A DNA stretch of 64,000 nucleotides from a candidate division FCPU426 bacterium (GCA_027452205.1 DAIDGV010000027.1:6471-70470), one strand, 5' to 3'; positions 1-12,448 are shown, counted from the stretch's first letter. Numbers and translations: made by a program. The notes: generated from the sequence alone by a model not told the origin.

Positions 1-1
1 C

Positions 2-301
2 ATCGAGGATGTGCCGGTGGTTCAAAAGCGCCTGATCTACCTATCCAACCGCAAAGGGGTTTCGGTCATTACGGCCACCCAGATGCTAGAATCCATGGTC
101 CATAACATCCGCCCCACCCGGGCGGAGGTCACCGACGTGGCCAACGCCATTTTTGACGGCACCGACGCGGTGATGCTGTCCGAAGAGACGGCCATGGGCG
201 AATATCCGGCCCAAGCGGTGGAGATGATGTCCAAAGTGGTCCAGACGGTCGAGGACTTCCTCAGCGCTAAGTCGGACCGGTTCCTGCGGGGTATTTTTTA
301 A
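2..301 (+). CDS. pyk: pyruvate kinase, 3' part (runs off the window start)
   Basis: [35 protein letters not shown] are hallmark PK barrel motifs. Confidence 0.93.
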   Translation: MEDVPVVQKRLIYLSNRKGVSVITATQMLESMVHNIRPTRAEVTDVANAIFDGTDAVMLSEETAMGEYPAQAVEMMSKVVQTVEDFLSAKSDRFLRGIF

Positions 302-313
302 ATTTAAAAACCG

Positions 314-421
314 AACCTCTTTTTAGCCACGGATTCATTGGATAAAAGGGATAAACATGAATCTTTCAGTTTTGTCTTTTGCCATCCAATTCAACCCCTG
401 CATCTGTGGCCAAAGCAGGTT
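314..421. repeat. 9-nt-periodic imperfect palindrome
   Basis: left AACCT..GC-CACGGAT-tc-ATTGGAT-aa-AAGGGAT; right ATCCAAT-tc-AACCCCT-gc-ATCTGTG-GC..AGGTT. Confidence 0.7.
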
Positions 422-515
422 TTGCCTTTTAGTTTTTTGAGCTAGGGCGTACCTGGAAATCGGGCGGTGGATGGTTTACCTTAATCTCCGCTGATATCCC
501 TGCTCGGAGCCTTTC

Positions 516-860
516 ATGAAGATCACGGTCTACCAAAAACCAACCTGTACCACCTGCCGCCAGGTCTATAACGCCTTGAAAGAAAGCGGCGTGGAGATGG
601 AAGCGGTCAATTACTACATCGAACCCCTTTCTGAAGCAAAGCTCAAAGAACTCGTCAAAAAGATGGGCATCAAGGCCAGCGAACTCTTCCGAAAAAAAGA
701 GGATTACAAAGACCTGGGTTTGGCCGACAAGGAAGTTTCGGATGATGAGGCCATCCGGCTCATGATCAAACACCCGGACTTGATGCAAAGACCCATCGTT
801 GAAAAGAGCACGAAGGCCATCCTGGCCCGGCCCGCCGAACGCCTCAAAGAGATCCTGTAA
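516..860 (+). CDS. ArsC/Spx family thioredoxin-fold protein
   Basis: N-terminal YQKPTCTTCR and HPDLMQRPI motifs. Confidence 0.85.
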   Translation: MKITVYQKPTCTTCRQVYNALKESGVEMEAVNYYIEPLSEAKLKELVKKMGIKASELFRKKEDYKDLGLADKEVSDDEAIRLMIKHPDLMQRPIVEKSTKAILARPAERLKEIL

Positions 861-865
861 ACCCC

Positions 866-1708
866 ATGAACTTTCCCTTCGTCCTGGTCCTAGCCCTCCT
901 TTTCATTGCTGTCTGGGCGTTGGTGTCTTATTTCCTGATGCGCATCAACCGTCAGAACCGAACGGATAAACAAGCCAAGGTCGTCCAACCGGCTTTCCGT
1001 CTGGCGGACCAATGGATCATGGAATCCCAGCGCAAGATCGAGCAATTCATCGAAAGCGCCGAGGCTCCTTTAGGAACCGCCCAGCACGAGCTTTTGGAAT
1101 TGCGGCTGGAGGCGGGCCGTTTGCCCCAAGGGGTGAAGAATCTGCGCACCCTTCGGGAATCCTTGGTGGGCCATATCCGTCCCCTAACCTTGTCCAAACC
1201 CCTGGGGGAGATCGTCGGTCTTTATCTGTCCCCGGCGAATTTTCAGCCCGAAGGACCCGGCTTTGTTTACCTGAAGACGGCCATGGGTATGGTGCCGGTC
1301 TTGGAAGCGCCAAAGTCCGGGGCTATAACCGACGCTGAAATGAAAGGCTGGCTTAATCGTTTATCGACCCACGCCAACTCGACCATCGGAGGGTTCCTTT
1401 ATTTCGCCGGGGAAGAGAACTACCGCACTTTTGAAGCGAACAAGGCTTGGGCCGACGCTTTACGCAATCACCGGCTGATGGCGCTGGATTTTAAAGGTCT
1501 GACAGCTTTGCTCATCTCCCTCAAAGTAAGCCATGAGACCAACCAGATGCTTCAGGTATTCCAAACCGGTGTGCAGAACACGGTTCCCTTGGTGGGTCAG
1601 TCCGACAAAATGGGAGCGGCCCTGACATCTCTCGGCGCCAGTGTTTTGAACGCTCAAAGCGCGCTAGAGGGCGGTGTGCCGAGTCCTTCGAAGGAGGTAA
1701 AGGAATGA
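866..1708 (+). CDS. hypothetical membrane-anchored protein
   Basis: N-terminal TM helix, 280 aa, tightly packed with neighbours. Confidence 0.65.
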   Translation: MNFPFVLVLALLFIAVWALVSYFLMRINRQNRTDKQAKVVQPAFRLADQWIMESQRKIEQFIESAEAPLGTAQHELLELRLEAGRLPQGVKNLRTLRESLVGHIRPLTLSKPLGEIVGLYLSPANFQPEGPGFVYLKTAMGMVPVLEAPKSGAITDAEMKGWLNRLSTHANSTIGGFLYFAGEENYRTFEANKAWADALRNHRLMALDFKGLTALLISLKVSHETNQMLQVFQTGVQNTVPLVGQSDKMGAALTSLGASVLNAQSALEGGVPSPSKEVKE

Positions 1709-2082
1709 GCTTTAAAGATTGGCTGACAAAACGCATGTATGTGACCGCGCCCACCGATAAAGACCCTTTTTTCCATCCCCGGGCCTATGCCAAGACCAAA
1801 GCGGAAGTAGTAGCGATCGTTCATGAGATATTGAAAGAATTGCCGCAATGGAAGCTGGAAGAATATAAAGAGATCCAAGGCCGGTTCCGCATCGTGCGTT
1901 GGACCAGTCCGCTGCCTTTCGCTGATGATATCGACATCTATGTGGTGCAAGGTCATGACGGTATCACTCGGGTCGAAGTGATCGGGCAGACCCGGGTGGG
2001 CGCAAGGGACTGGGGCCGTAATAAGCGCAATCTAAGGGGGTTTTTGTTGAAGCTCGACGACTTCATGAATAAAGACCGATAA
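1705..2082 (+). CDS. DUF1499-like protein
   Basis: F-x-DD...RVGxxDWGxNxRN pattern; ATGA overlap. Confidence 0.65.
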   Translation: MSFKDWLTKRMYVTAPTDKDPFFHPRAYAKTKAEVVAIVHEILKELPQWKLEEYKEIQGRFRIVRWTSPLPFADDIDIYVVQGHDGITRVEVIGQTRVGARDWGRNKRNLRGFLLKLDDFMNKDR

Positions 2083-2084
2083 AC

Positions 2085-3722
2085 TTACTTTTTTCCTAAG
2101 TCCGTGAATCGATAAACGTTGAAAAAAGCGCATCCGAAGATCCTGTGTGGCCTTACGGTACGATGATAGTGTTCTTCCATACCCCGGATGTAAAAGCAGC
2201 CTTCGTCGGGGTTGCAGATCATGAAAATGTCAGGTCTGTCCACGATGTCTGTGAAAAGATCCTTTATCTGAAAATGCTTCAACATATCCTCTCCGACCGG
2301 GGTCCTTTCGAACTCGTGCATTCCGAATATATTAATTTTCCGGAAGATCTCAAAATCGCCCAATGCATTCAAGTTTTCGTAAGGCAGAGTATTGTGCCAA
2401 ATAACATAAAGTTGGTCCGGTGTGTCGGATAATTTTTGAAGACAAGAATCGACATATGGTTCCAGGTCTCTCTTGTATTGATTAACCTTGTACTGGTTCG
2501 AAAAAAAGATCATGGCAAAAGTGAAGAGCGATATGACTGCTAGTTTTTGCGTCTTTGTCAGAGCAGGTGATGTCGATGGACTTGAGGCCAGGTAAATCAT
2601 TGTATGGGGAATGAAGGCCAAAAGCGGCTCGAATATCCAGGGCGGCGATTTCATGAGAAAGAACAGAAGGACATAAATCAAGAAAATGAAGAAGGTCATG
2701 ATGCTCAGGATGAGCCATTCCTTCAGGACGAACAACGAGAGACAAAGGCAAGCAAGGTAAATAAGGTGGTCGGTCGGATCTGTCATGATCTGATCCAAAG
2801 GTTCGATAGGGTTCTGTTTTTTCCAATCGAAAGTCGGAAAGGAATTGGTAATGGATTCGAAGTTCTTAATGCTAAACCGGGATTTGTCCAAGAAGCACCA
2901 GTTATCAAAAAGGTCCACGTCGTTGCGGGACCAATGGATTGAATCGAAGAGAGTTTTTTTTTGCTCGTCATATTTCAGAAAGCGGAAAGAAATGAGTTCA
3001 CCAATAGCGGAGTTGAACGACTGGAATTCGTTCCAAGCTGGGTGCTTTGCATAATACTGGCTATCATGAGTGGAACAAGCCAGGATGGTGATGAAGGCCG
3101 TTGTCAGGGCTACCTTACTAGTTACTGGAAGAGAACGGCTTTTTTTGAGGAAGAATTCGTGGATGACGAGAGGCAGTACTGCTAGACAGCCCAATTCGAA
3201 CATCATGGGTCGTAAAATATAGCTGGAGAGAAAACAAAAAAAGACAAGAATTCCCCCGGCTCCGTCAGTAGGTTTTTCCTTGTGATTGGCCAAAAGTAGA
3301 AAAAGTCCACCTTGGAAAACAAAAAAGGACGAGGCCGTGAATTCCAGGGTCAAGATGAACCGAGTATCGATAAGAAAAAAACAAACCGCGAAGAGGTAGG
3401 AAGACAAAACGGGCCTGTTGCGATAATAAAGGGCTGCTAAAAATGCCCATGTTCCCAGATAACAACTGGTCAAAAGGAATAATCCGTGCCAAGGAATGTG
3501 GGGCTGCCAAAGGTACATGTGCTTCAGGATGGATCCGTACAGAATGTTCATCCAATAGATATTCTCGTAGGGTTTTAAAGCTAGACCTATGCCCTTGGTG
3601 ACGAGGATTGTGAAAACATCATCGTCGGTCATGAAGTAAGCGTGCATGGAAAGCACGCCGAAAAGGAATCCGAAAAGAGAGGCTGTGAACAAAAAGGATA
3701 TTCCAAGGGAGTGTTTTTTCAT
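2085..3722 (-). CDS. polytopic membrane protein (GT-C-like / glycan-modifying, uncertain)
   Basis: many TM segments, TDDD acidic motif after TM1, AT-richer than neighbours. Confidence 0.65.
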   Translation of the reverse strand: MKKHSLGISFLFTASLFGFLFGVLSMHAYFMTDDDVFTILVTKGIGLALKPYENIYWMNILYGSILKHMYLWQPHIPWHGLFLLTSCYLGTWAFLAALYYRNRPVLSSYLFAVCFFLIDTRFILTLEFTASSFFVFQGGLFLLLANHKEKPTDGAGGILVFFCFLSSYILRPMMFELGCLAVLPLVIHEFFLKKSRSLPVTSKVALTTAFITILACSTHDSQYYAKHPAWNEFQSFNSAIGELISFRFLKYDEQKKTLFDSIHWSRNDVDLFDNWCFLDKSRFSIKNFESITNSFPTFDWKKQNPIEPLDQIMTDPTDHLIYLACLCLSLFVLKEWLILSIMTFFIFLIYVLLFFLMKSPPWIFEPLLAFIPHTMIYLASSPSTSPALTKTQKLAVISLFTFAMIFFSNQYKVNQYKRDLEPYVDSCLQKLSDTPDQLYVIWHNTLPYENLNALGDFEIFRKINIFGMHEFERTPVGEDMLKHFQIKDLFTDIVDRPDIFMICNPDEGCFYIRGMEEHYHRTVRPHRIFGCAFFNVYRFTDLGKK

Positions 3723-3764
3723 TGTTTTGGAAATATATCAAATTCAGTCAAAGGCAGGGAGGAT

Positions 3765-5428
<1,664 letters not shown>

Positions 5429-5430
<2 letters not shown>

Positions 5431-5534
5431 TTAAGAATTAAGAATTTTAAATTATGAATTATGGAAAGTTTCAATTTGAACTTCGAAATTGAAACTCACA
5501 ACAATTCTTAATTATTAATTCAAAAGTCTTAATT
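5429..5534. repeat. 7-nt-periodic AT-rich palindrome
   Basis: AATTAAG x2, AATTTTA, AATTATG x2; central 11-bp stem; inverted right arm. Confidence 0.75.
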
Positions 5535-5575
5535 GAGTGAAGCGAAGATCAAGTGCGCGAAAGGCGAGGTTTCAA

Positions 5576-6859
5576 ATGTCAAAAAGCATCTTAATCCAAG
5601 GCGGTCACGTGGTCGACCCGGCCAACCAAATTGACGGCCCGGCGGATGTGTTCATCGAGAATGGCAAGATCGCTAAAGTAGGCAAGGGCCTCAAGGTCAA
5701 GGCCGACCAGACCATCGACGCCAAGGGAAAGATCGTCACCCCGGGCTTGGTCGACATCCATGTTCACTTACGCGAACCGGGCTTCGAATATAAAGAAACC
5801 ATCGCTACCGGCACCCTGGCGGCGGTCGCCGGCGGGGTCACTTCGGTGGCCTGCATGCCCAACACCAACCCGCCCATCGACGACCAAGCCATCGTCCACT
5901 TCATCAAGAGCAAGGCTGAAAAAGAAGGCCACTGCCATGTCTTCCCGGTGGGTTGTATCTCCAAGCAACGGGCGGGTGAAGAAATGTCCGAAATGGGAGA
6001 ACTGAAAAAGGCCGGGGCGGTCGCCCTGTCCGACGACGGCGCGCCCATCATGAACGCTGAACTGATGCGCCGGGTCATGGAATACGCCAAGATGCACGAC
6101 CTGGTCGTGATCGACCACTGCGAAGATATGCACTTGTCGAACAACGGGGTCATGAACGAAGGGGAGGCCTCCACGGTGATGGGCCTTCGGGGTATCCCCG
6201 CCGCTTCCGAAACGGTCATGGTCGCCCGCAACATCGTGCTAGCCGAAATGACCGGGGCCAAGTTCCACGTCGCCCACATGTCCACCGCTGGGTCGGTGGA
6301 ACTGGTACGCCAAGCCAAGAAGAAGGGTCTCAATGTCACCTGCGAAACCGCGCCCCACTACTGGAGCCTGTCGGACAAGTCGATCAAGAACTACAACGCG
6401 AACTTCAAGATGAACCCGCCCCTTCGCAGTGACGAGGACGTGGCGGCCATCCGCAAAGCGCTTAAAGAAGGCATCGTGGACTGTATCGCCACCGACCACG
6501 CGCCGCACTCTTCCACTGAAAAACAGTGCGAGTTCGACGAAGCCGCCTTCGGCATCGTGGGTCTTGAGACCCTCTTCCCGGTCACTTACAGCCACCTGGT
6601 GGAGCCGGGGGTGGTGTCCCTCTCCCGCGCCATCGAATTACTGACCGTCGCGCCCTCGAAGATCGTGGGGCTGAACAAGGGAACCTTGAGCGAAGGGGCC
6701 GACGCGGACGTTGCCATCTTTGATATCACCAGCGAAAAGAAAGTGGATGTGAATGAATTCAAGACGAAGGGCCGCAACTCGCCCTTCAACGGATGGAACC
6801 TCAAAGGTTGGCCGGTGACGACCATTGTCAGCGGTGTCGTGAAATATCAAGCGGAGTAA
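5576..6859 (+). CDS. pyrC: dihydroorotase (type I)
   Basis: DIHVHLREPG, MPNTNP, KMNPPLR, ATDHAPH; start reassigned to ATG 5576 after GAGG. Confidence 0.96.
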   Translation: MSKSILIQGGHVVDPANQIDGPADVFIENGKIAKVGKGLKVKADQTIDAKGKIVTPGLVDIHVHLREPGFEYKETIATGTLAAVAGGVTSVACMPNTNPPIDDQAIVHFIKSKAEKEGHCHVFPVGCISKQRAGEEMSEMGELKKAGAVALSDDGAPIMNAELMRRVMEYAKMHDLVVIDHCEDMHLSNNGVMNEGEASTVMGLRGIPAASETVMVARNIVLAEMTGAKFHVAHMSTAGSVELVRQAKKKGLNVTCETAPHYWSLSDKSIKNYNANFKMNPPLRSDEDVAAIRKALKEGIVDCIATDHAPHSSTEKQCEFDEAAFGIVGLETLFPVTYSHLVEPGVVSLSRAIELLTVAPSKIVGLNKGTLSEGADADVAIFDITSEKKVDVNEFKTKGRNSPFNGWNLKGWPVTTIVSGVVKYQAE

Positions 6860-6862
6860 CGA

Positions 6863-8032
6863 ATGAAGCCAAGCAAGAGTCGTAAAGCGGTACTGGCCCT
6901 CGAGGACGGTACTTGGTTCGAAGGGCAGGCCTTTGGGGCGGATGGAAAAGTTTTCGGGGAAGTGGTCTTCAACACCTCCATGACGGGTTATCAGGAGATC
7001 CTCACTGACCCTTCTTACCGGGGTCAAATGGTGACCATGACCTACCCCATGATCGGTAATACAGGTGTGAACCATGTGGATGTGGAATCCCGCAAACCCT
7101 TCCTGTCGGGCTTTATCGTGAAGGAATACTGCAAACATCCCTCGAACTACCGCATGACCTCTACCTTGGGCGACTACCTCCGCAAGCACGGCATTGTGGC
7201 TATCGAAGGCATTGATACCCGCGCCTTGACCGCCCACCTGCGTACCCATGGGGCCAAGAAGGGCGTTATTTCCACGACCGAACTGAACCCGGCCAAGCTG
7301 GTCAAACAAGCCAAAGATAGCCAAGGCCTGGTGGGGCGCGACCTGGTCAAAGAAGTCACCTGCGACAAGCCTTACCATTGGACCGAACTGCCTTATAACT
7401 TGGACGCTGCGGATCATACGCCCAGCGACCAAATGAACCTGGGCCTGGATAAAGAAGCTAAAAAAATAAAGATCGCGGCCCTCGATTGCGGCATCAAATA
7501 CAACATCCTGCGCCGCTTGGTGGCGGAAGGCTTTGATGTGACGGTCTATCCGGCTACCACTCCGGCGGCGGAGATCCTCAATTCGGGCGTGAAGGGCGTG
7601 TTCCTCTCCAACGGCCCTGGCGACCCGGAAGGCGTGCCTTATGTGGCGGACACGGTCCGCGACCTCATTCACCGCAATATCCCCATCTTCGGTATCTGCC
7701 TAGGTCACCAAATTTTGGGTCTGGCCCTGGGCGGCAAGACCTACAAGATGAAGTTCGGCCACCGGGGCGGCAATCAGCCGGTGCTGAACCGCTTGAACAG
7801 CAAGATCGAGATCACCAGCCAGAACCACGGCTTCGCGGTGGACGAGGAAAGCCTGGATAAGAACCTGGTCACGGCGACCCATGTGAACCTGAGCGACAAC
7901 ACCAGCGAAGGTTTGATGATGAAGAACAAGCCGGTCTTCAGCGTGCAGTACCATCCGGAGTCGTCACCGGGACCGCATGATTCGCGGTATCTCTTTCAAC
8001 AATTCCGCGAATTGATTGAGCGGAATGGATAA
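6863..8032 (+). CDS. carA: carbamoyl-phosphate synthase small chain
   Basis: GEVVFNT, SNGPGDP, GICLGHQ, QYHPE. Confidence 0.97.
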   Translation: MKPSKSRKAVLALEDGTWFEGQAFGADGKVFGEVVFNTSMTGYQEILTDPSYRGQMVTMTYPMIGNTGVNHVDVESRKPFLSGFIVKEYCKHPSNYRMTSTLGDYLRKHGIVAIEGIDTRALTAHLRTHGAKKGVISTTELNPAKLVKQAKDSQGLVGRDLVKEVTCDKPYHWTELPYNLDAADHTPSDQMNLGLDKEAKKIKIAALDCGIKYNILRRLVAEGFDVTVYPATTPAAEILNSGVKGVFLSNGPGDPEGVPYVADTVRDLIHRNIPIFGICLGHQILGLALGGKTYKMKFGHRGGNQPVLNRLNSKIEITSQNHGFAVDEESLDKNLVTATHVNLSDNTSEGLMMKNKPVFSVQYHPESSPGPHDSRYLFQQFRELIERNG

Positions 8033-8034
8033 AA

Positions 8035-8068
8035 AGTTTGCCCTGAGGGAGCGAAGCTCATCGAAGGG
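8035..8068. repeat. REP-like hairpin
   Basis: CCCTGAG-GGAGC GAA GCTC-ATCGAAGGG directly after the carA stop. Confidence 0.5.
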
Positions 8069-8116
8069 TTGTTCCAACAGTTTAGGGAGTTAATTGAGAA
8101 GCAAAAGATTGTTTAA
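8069..8116 (+). pseudogene. recoded duplicate of carA C-terminal codons (LFQQFRELIEKQKIV*)
   Basis: 10 consecutive identical residues to carA 7991-8020, 7 of 10 codons differ synonymously. Confidence 0.85.
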
Positions 8117-8137
8117 GTTTGAGGAGATTTGATTTTA

Positions 8138-9061
8138 ATGAATGAGTATGTGCGACAAGTACTTCGAGAAAGAAAAGGTTTCATTGATTTTCTTTTGATT
8201 ATTTTTCCTTCTTCTGTGATTGCTAATGTGGTTGCTTCTATAGTTATTGAATGGCATTGGTCTTATTTAATTTTTTTTGTTTTATTTTTTTCCTTTATAG
8301 CTTTGCTTTTTGGATTCTACCGGAGTCTTAAGTGCAAAGTTTTTGAATATGTCATTGCTGAAGAACTTGTTTTAGATCAAACGTCGAAAACGATATCTTT
8401 AAAGCTTGATTTTGGACATTCAACGGTTCTTGCACTGATTAACGAGATTTATTCGGAAGAAATTTTAAAGAATTCGAGTCTCGTAAATAATCAAACTGAA
8501 GAGTTGGCATCTTATTGGAGTTTTTCTTTAGATGTTTTTGAATACTTGATTTTTGATGTAATTGATAAAGTAAGCACTGGCTGGGGAATGATTCAAACTT
8601 CAAAATATTTCTATTCGGGAAAAGGTTCTTTGGATGGAAAAAAGTATTCATCTGATTCATTGCCCGATGAATTGAAAAACAAAAATCTTTTACTTAAAAA
8701 ATTCATTAAAGAATTGTCGAAGGAAAATTCGAGATTGGCAGAAAAACCATTTTTTGTTCCGTTGAGTTCAAATATTCATTATTCGAGAACAGGTAGTACT
8801 AGGGATTCGAGAAGCATTATTGTTGAAAATGATTACGCGGTTTTTAAAATTGGATTGGAGATGGGAACGAGTGGCTACAAATCTTTGAAACAAAATTCAA
8901 AGATTTTATATTATGCGCCGCAAATTTCCTTTGAATTTGAGTCGAAACCATTTTTGGCACTGTCTAAAAACTATGAAAAATCTTTGGCTTGGTCTGAATT
9001 TTTTCTAAAAAGTTTAAAAGTCAAACTGACAAATTTTGCGAAGGGTGATTTAAATGCCTAA
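8138..9061 (+). CDS. AT-rich orphan membrane protein inserted between carA and carB
   Basis: two N-terminal TM helices, markedly low GC, GAGGAG SD, overlaps carB start. Confidence 0.75.
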   Translation: MNEYVRQVLRERKGFIDFLLIIFPSSVIANVVASIVIEWHWSYLIFFVLFFSFIALLFGFYRSLKCKVFEYVIAEELVLDQTSKTISLKLDFGHSTVLALINEIYSEEILKNSSLVNNQTEELASYWSFSLDVFEYLIFDVIDKVSTGWGMIQTSKYFYSGKGSLDGKKYSSDSLPDELKNKNLLLKKFIKELSKENSRLAEKPFFVPLSSNIHYSRTGSTRDSRSIIVENDYAVFKIGLEMGTSGYKSLKQNSKILYYAPQISFEFESKPFLALSKNYEKSLAWSEFFLKSLKVKLTNFAKGDLNA

Positions 9062-12000
9062 ACGGACAGACATCAAAAAGATCATGGTCATCGGGGCAGG
9101 GCCCATCATCATTGGGCAGGCCTGCGAATTCGACTACTCAGGGACCCAGGGCTGTAAGGCTCTTAAAGAAGAGGGCTACGAAGTTATCCTCATCAACTCC
9201 AACCCCGCCACCATCATGACCGACCCGGAATTTGCCCATAAGACCTATGTCGAACCCATCAACCCGGATGTGGTCGCCAAGATCATCGAAAAAGAACGTC
9301 CGGATGCCTTGCTGCCCACCTTGGGCGGTCAAACGGCACTGAATACGGCTGTGGCCCTGGCCGAAAAGGGTGTTTTGAACCAATTTAATGTGGAACTCAT
9401 TGGCGCCAACCTGGCCGCTATTAAAAAGGCCGAAGATCGCCAGCTTTTCAAAGAAGCCATGCTGAAGATCGGTCTGGATCTGCCGAAGTCCCTTACGGTA
9501 AACACCCTCGAAGAGGGGATCGGTTTTGCCGAAGGCAATGGCTACCCGGTGATCATTCGCCCGGCCTTTACTTTGGGTGGCACCGGCGGCGGTATCGCTT
9601 ATAACCGCCAAGAATTCGAAGAGATCCTGTCCAAGGGCTTGGACCTGTCACCCATTCACCAATGCTTGGTTGAAGAGTCGGCCTTGGGTTGGAAAGAATA
9701 TGAAATGGAAGTGATGCGCGACCTGAAGGACAACGTGGTCATCATCTGCTCCATCGAGAATATGGACCCGATGGGCATTCACACCGGGGATTCGGTGACC
9801 GTGGCCCCGGCGCAAACGCTGACGGATAAGGAATATCAGCGCATGCGCGACGCCTCGATCGCTTGTATCCGTGAGATCGGTGTGGATACGGGTGGTTCGA
9901 ACATCCAATTCGGTGTGGACCCTAAGACAGGCCGGATGATCGTCATTGAAATGAACCCCCGAGTTTCCCGCTCTTCGGCTTTGGCTTCCAAGGACACCGG
10001 TTTTCCTATCGCGAAGATCGCGGCCAAGCTGGCCGTGGGTTACACCTTGGATGAGCTCTTCAACGACATTACTCGCTACACCAAGGCGGCCTTTGAGCCT
10101 TCGATCGACTACGTGGTCACGAAGATCCCTCGCTTCACCTTTGAAAAGTTCCCGGACGCGGAAGACATCCTGAATACCTCCATGAAGAGCGTGGGTGAGA
10201 CCATGTCCATCGGCCGCACCTTCAAGGAAAGCTACCAAAAGGCCATGCGGTCCATGGAAACGGGCATCATTGGCTATGGGGCCGATGGGCGCGAGTTCAA
10301 ACAAGGCCGCTGGATAAAGACCGGCGCCCGCAAGCCGGGGCGTATCCCGGGTGATGTGCTGAACGCTCAATTGGGCAAAACCACCTCGCAACGCCATTTC
10401 TTCTTACGCCAGGCCCTGTGGCAGGGATATGACGTGGAGAAAATCTATAAGATGACCGCGATCGATCCTTGGTTCTTGAATGAACTCAAAGAGATCGTCG
10501 ATATGGAAAAAGAACTGGAAAAGGCCACGTCCAAACGCGGCACCTTGAAAGCCAAGTTGCCGGTCGATCTGTTGCGCCGGGCCAAGGAGATGGGCTTCTC
10601 CGACGCTCAATTGGCTTTCTTGACCGGGGCCAAAGAACACATGGTTCGCAACTACCGCAAGATGAACAAGGTCATCCCGGTTTACAAAATGGTGGATACC
10701 TGCGCGGCCGAGTTCGAGGCTTTCACGCCTTACCTTTACTCCACCTACGAATTGGGCCGTTCCTCGCTGATGGGGAAGGACACCGAGTCCGCCCCGACGA
10801 AGAACAACAAGATCATGATCCTGGGCGGCGGGCCGAACCGCATTGGCCAGGGGATCGAGTTCGACTATTGCTGCGTGCACGGGGCTTTTGCCCTGCGGGC
10901 AGATGGTTATGAAGTCATCATGGTCAATAACAACCCCGAAACCGTCTCGACGGACTATGACACCTCGAACCGCCTCTACTTTGAGCCGCTCACCTATGAA
11001 GATGTGATGAACATCGTGGACCGCGAAAAGCCCAAAGGGGTCATCGTTCAATTCGGCGGACAAACGCCGCTGAAACTGGCGGTTTCCCTGAAAAAGGCCA
11101 AGGTGCCCATCATTGGGACCTCGCCCGAATCCATCGACGTGGCGGAAGACCGCAAGCTCTTCGGCGCCATGCTGAAGAAACTGAAGATCCGCCAGCCGGA
11201 CAACGGTATCGCCATGAACGTGAAGCAAGCCAAGCCGGTGGCCCGCAAAGTGGGTTACCCGGTGGTGGTGCGGCCCTCTTATGTGCTGGGCGGCCGGGCG
11301 ATGGAGATCGTCTATGACGAATCCTCGCTGGATGAATTCGTCCAAAAAGCGGCTGAGGCGGCCCCCGACAAACCCATTCTGATCGACCACTTTTTGGAAG
11401 ACGCTCTCGAAGTGGATGTGGACTGCGTTTGTGACGGCAAAGAAGTGCTGATCGCCGGCATCATGGAACATATCGAAGAAGCGGGTATCCACTCGGGTGA
11501 CTCGGCCTGCGTGATACCGCCCTTTACCCTGCGGGAAGACCAGATCGCCGCAATCCGTAAATACACGACCCAAATGGCCATGAGCCTGAAGGTGAAGGGT
11601 CTCATGAACGTTCAGTACGCCATCAAGAACGACATGGTCTATGTGCTGGAAGTGAACCCCCGCGCTTCGCGCACGGTGCCTTTTGTTTCCAAGGTCACCG
11701 GCACGCCCTGGGCCAAGGTGGCCGCCCGCATTATGTCAGGGAAGAGCATCCAACAACTGAAGGTGAAAGAAGTCTCTTTCCTCAAGCATATCGCGGTCAA
11801 AGAAGCGGTGTTCCCCTTCAACCGGTTCCCGGGCGTAGATACGGTCTTGGGACCTGAGATGAAGTCTACCGGTGAAGTGATGGGCATTGACCAAGACTTC
11901 GGCATGGCTTTCGCGAAAAGCCAGATGGCCGCCAACTCGGCCCTGCCCCTAAAAGGCACCGTGTTCGTTTCGGTCAAGAACAAGGACAAGCGCACGGCCA

Positions 12001-12350
12001 TCTTCATCGCCAAGCGCTTGATCGACATGGGTTTCAAGATCGTCGCCACCCAGGGCACAGCGCAAGCCCTGACCAGTAACGGGATGGAAGTAACGATCGT
12101 TCGTAAAGTGCATGAGGGCCGCCCGAACGTGGTGGATCTCATCAAGAACGGGGAAGTGCAGCTCATCATGAACACCCCCGCTGGTAAGGGGCCTCGCTCA
12201 GATGACTTCCAGATCCGCCGTACGGCAGTTGTTTATGGAGTGCCTTGTATCACGACGCTGTCGGCCTGCGCCGCGGCGGCCAATGGTATCGAGGCGATGA
12301 AAAAGCGGGACTTGAAGGTGAAGAGTTTGCAGGAGTATCATTCCATCTGA
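9054..12350 (+). CDS. carB: carbamoyl-phosphate synthase large chain
   Basis: [19 protein letters not shown], two ATP-grasp halves, MGS domain. Confidence 0.98.
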   Translation: MPKRTDIKKIMVIGAGPIIIGQACEFDYSGTQGCKALKEEGYEVILINSNPATIMTDPEFAHKTYVEPINPDVVAKIIEKERPDALLPTLGGQTALNTAVALAEKGVLNQFNVELIGANLAAIKKAEDRQLFKEAMLKIGLDLPKSLTVNTLEEGIGFAEGNGYPVIIRPAFTLGGTGGGIAYNRQEFEEILSKGLDLSPIHQCLVEESALGWKEYEMEVMRDLKDNVVIICSIENMDPMGIHTGDSVTVAPAQTLTDKEYQRMRDASIACIREIGVDTGGSNIQFGVDPKTGRMIVIEMNPRVSRSSALASKDTGFPIAKIAAKLAVGYTLDELFNDITRYTKAAFEPSIDYVVTKIPRFTFEKFPDAEDILNTSMKSVGETMSIGRTFKESYQKAMRSMETGIIGYGADGREFKQGRWIKTGARKPGRIPGDVLNAQLGKTTSQRHFFLRQALWQGYDVEKIYKMTAIDPWFLNELKEIVDMEKELEKATSKRGTLKAKLPVDLLRRAKEMGFSDAQLAFLTGAKEHMVRNYRKMNKVIPVYKMVDTCAAEFEAFTPYLYSTYELGRSSLMGKDTESAPTKNNKIMILGGGPNRIGQGIEFDYCCVHGAFALRADGYEVIMVNNNPETVSTDYDTSNRLYFEPLTYEDVMNIVDREKPKGVIVQFGGQTPLKLAVSLKKAKVPIIGTSPESIDVAEDRKLFGAMLKKLKIRQPDNGIAMNVKQAKPVARKVGYPVVVRPSYVLGGRAMEIVYDESSLDEFVQKAAEAAPDKPILIDHFLEDALEVDVDCVCDGKEVLIAGIMEHIEEAGIHSGDSACVIPPFTLREDQIAAIRKYTTQMAMSLKVKGLMNVQYAIKNDMVYVLEVNPRASRTVPFVSKVTGTPWAKVAARIMSGKSIQQLKVKEVSFLKHIAVKEAVFPFNRFPGVDTVLGPEMKSTGEVMGIDQDFGMAFAKSQMAANSALPLKGTVFVSVKNKDKRTAIFIAKRLIDMGFKIVATQGTAQALTSNGMEVTIVRKVHEGRPNVVDLIKNGEVQLIMNTPAGKGPRSDDFQIRRTAVVYGVPCITTLSACAAAANGIEAMKKRDLKVKSLQEYHSI

Positions 12351-12448
12351 TCTTTTGGCGTTCCAGTGGATCAGTTCAACACCGATTTTTATGATCAGGA
12401 ATTTGTTTATTGAATTTAGCGTTCGAAATTAACCAAAGGAGAATTGTT

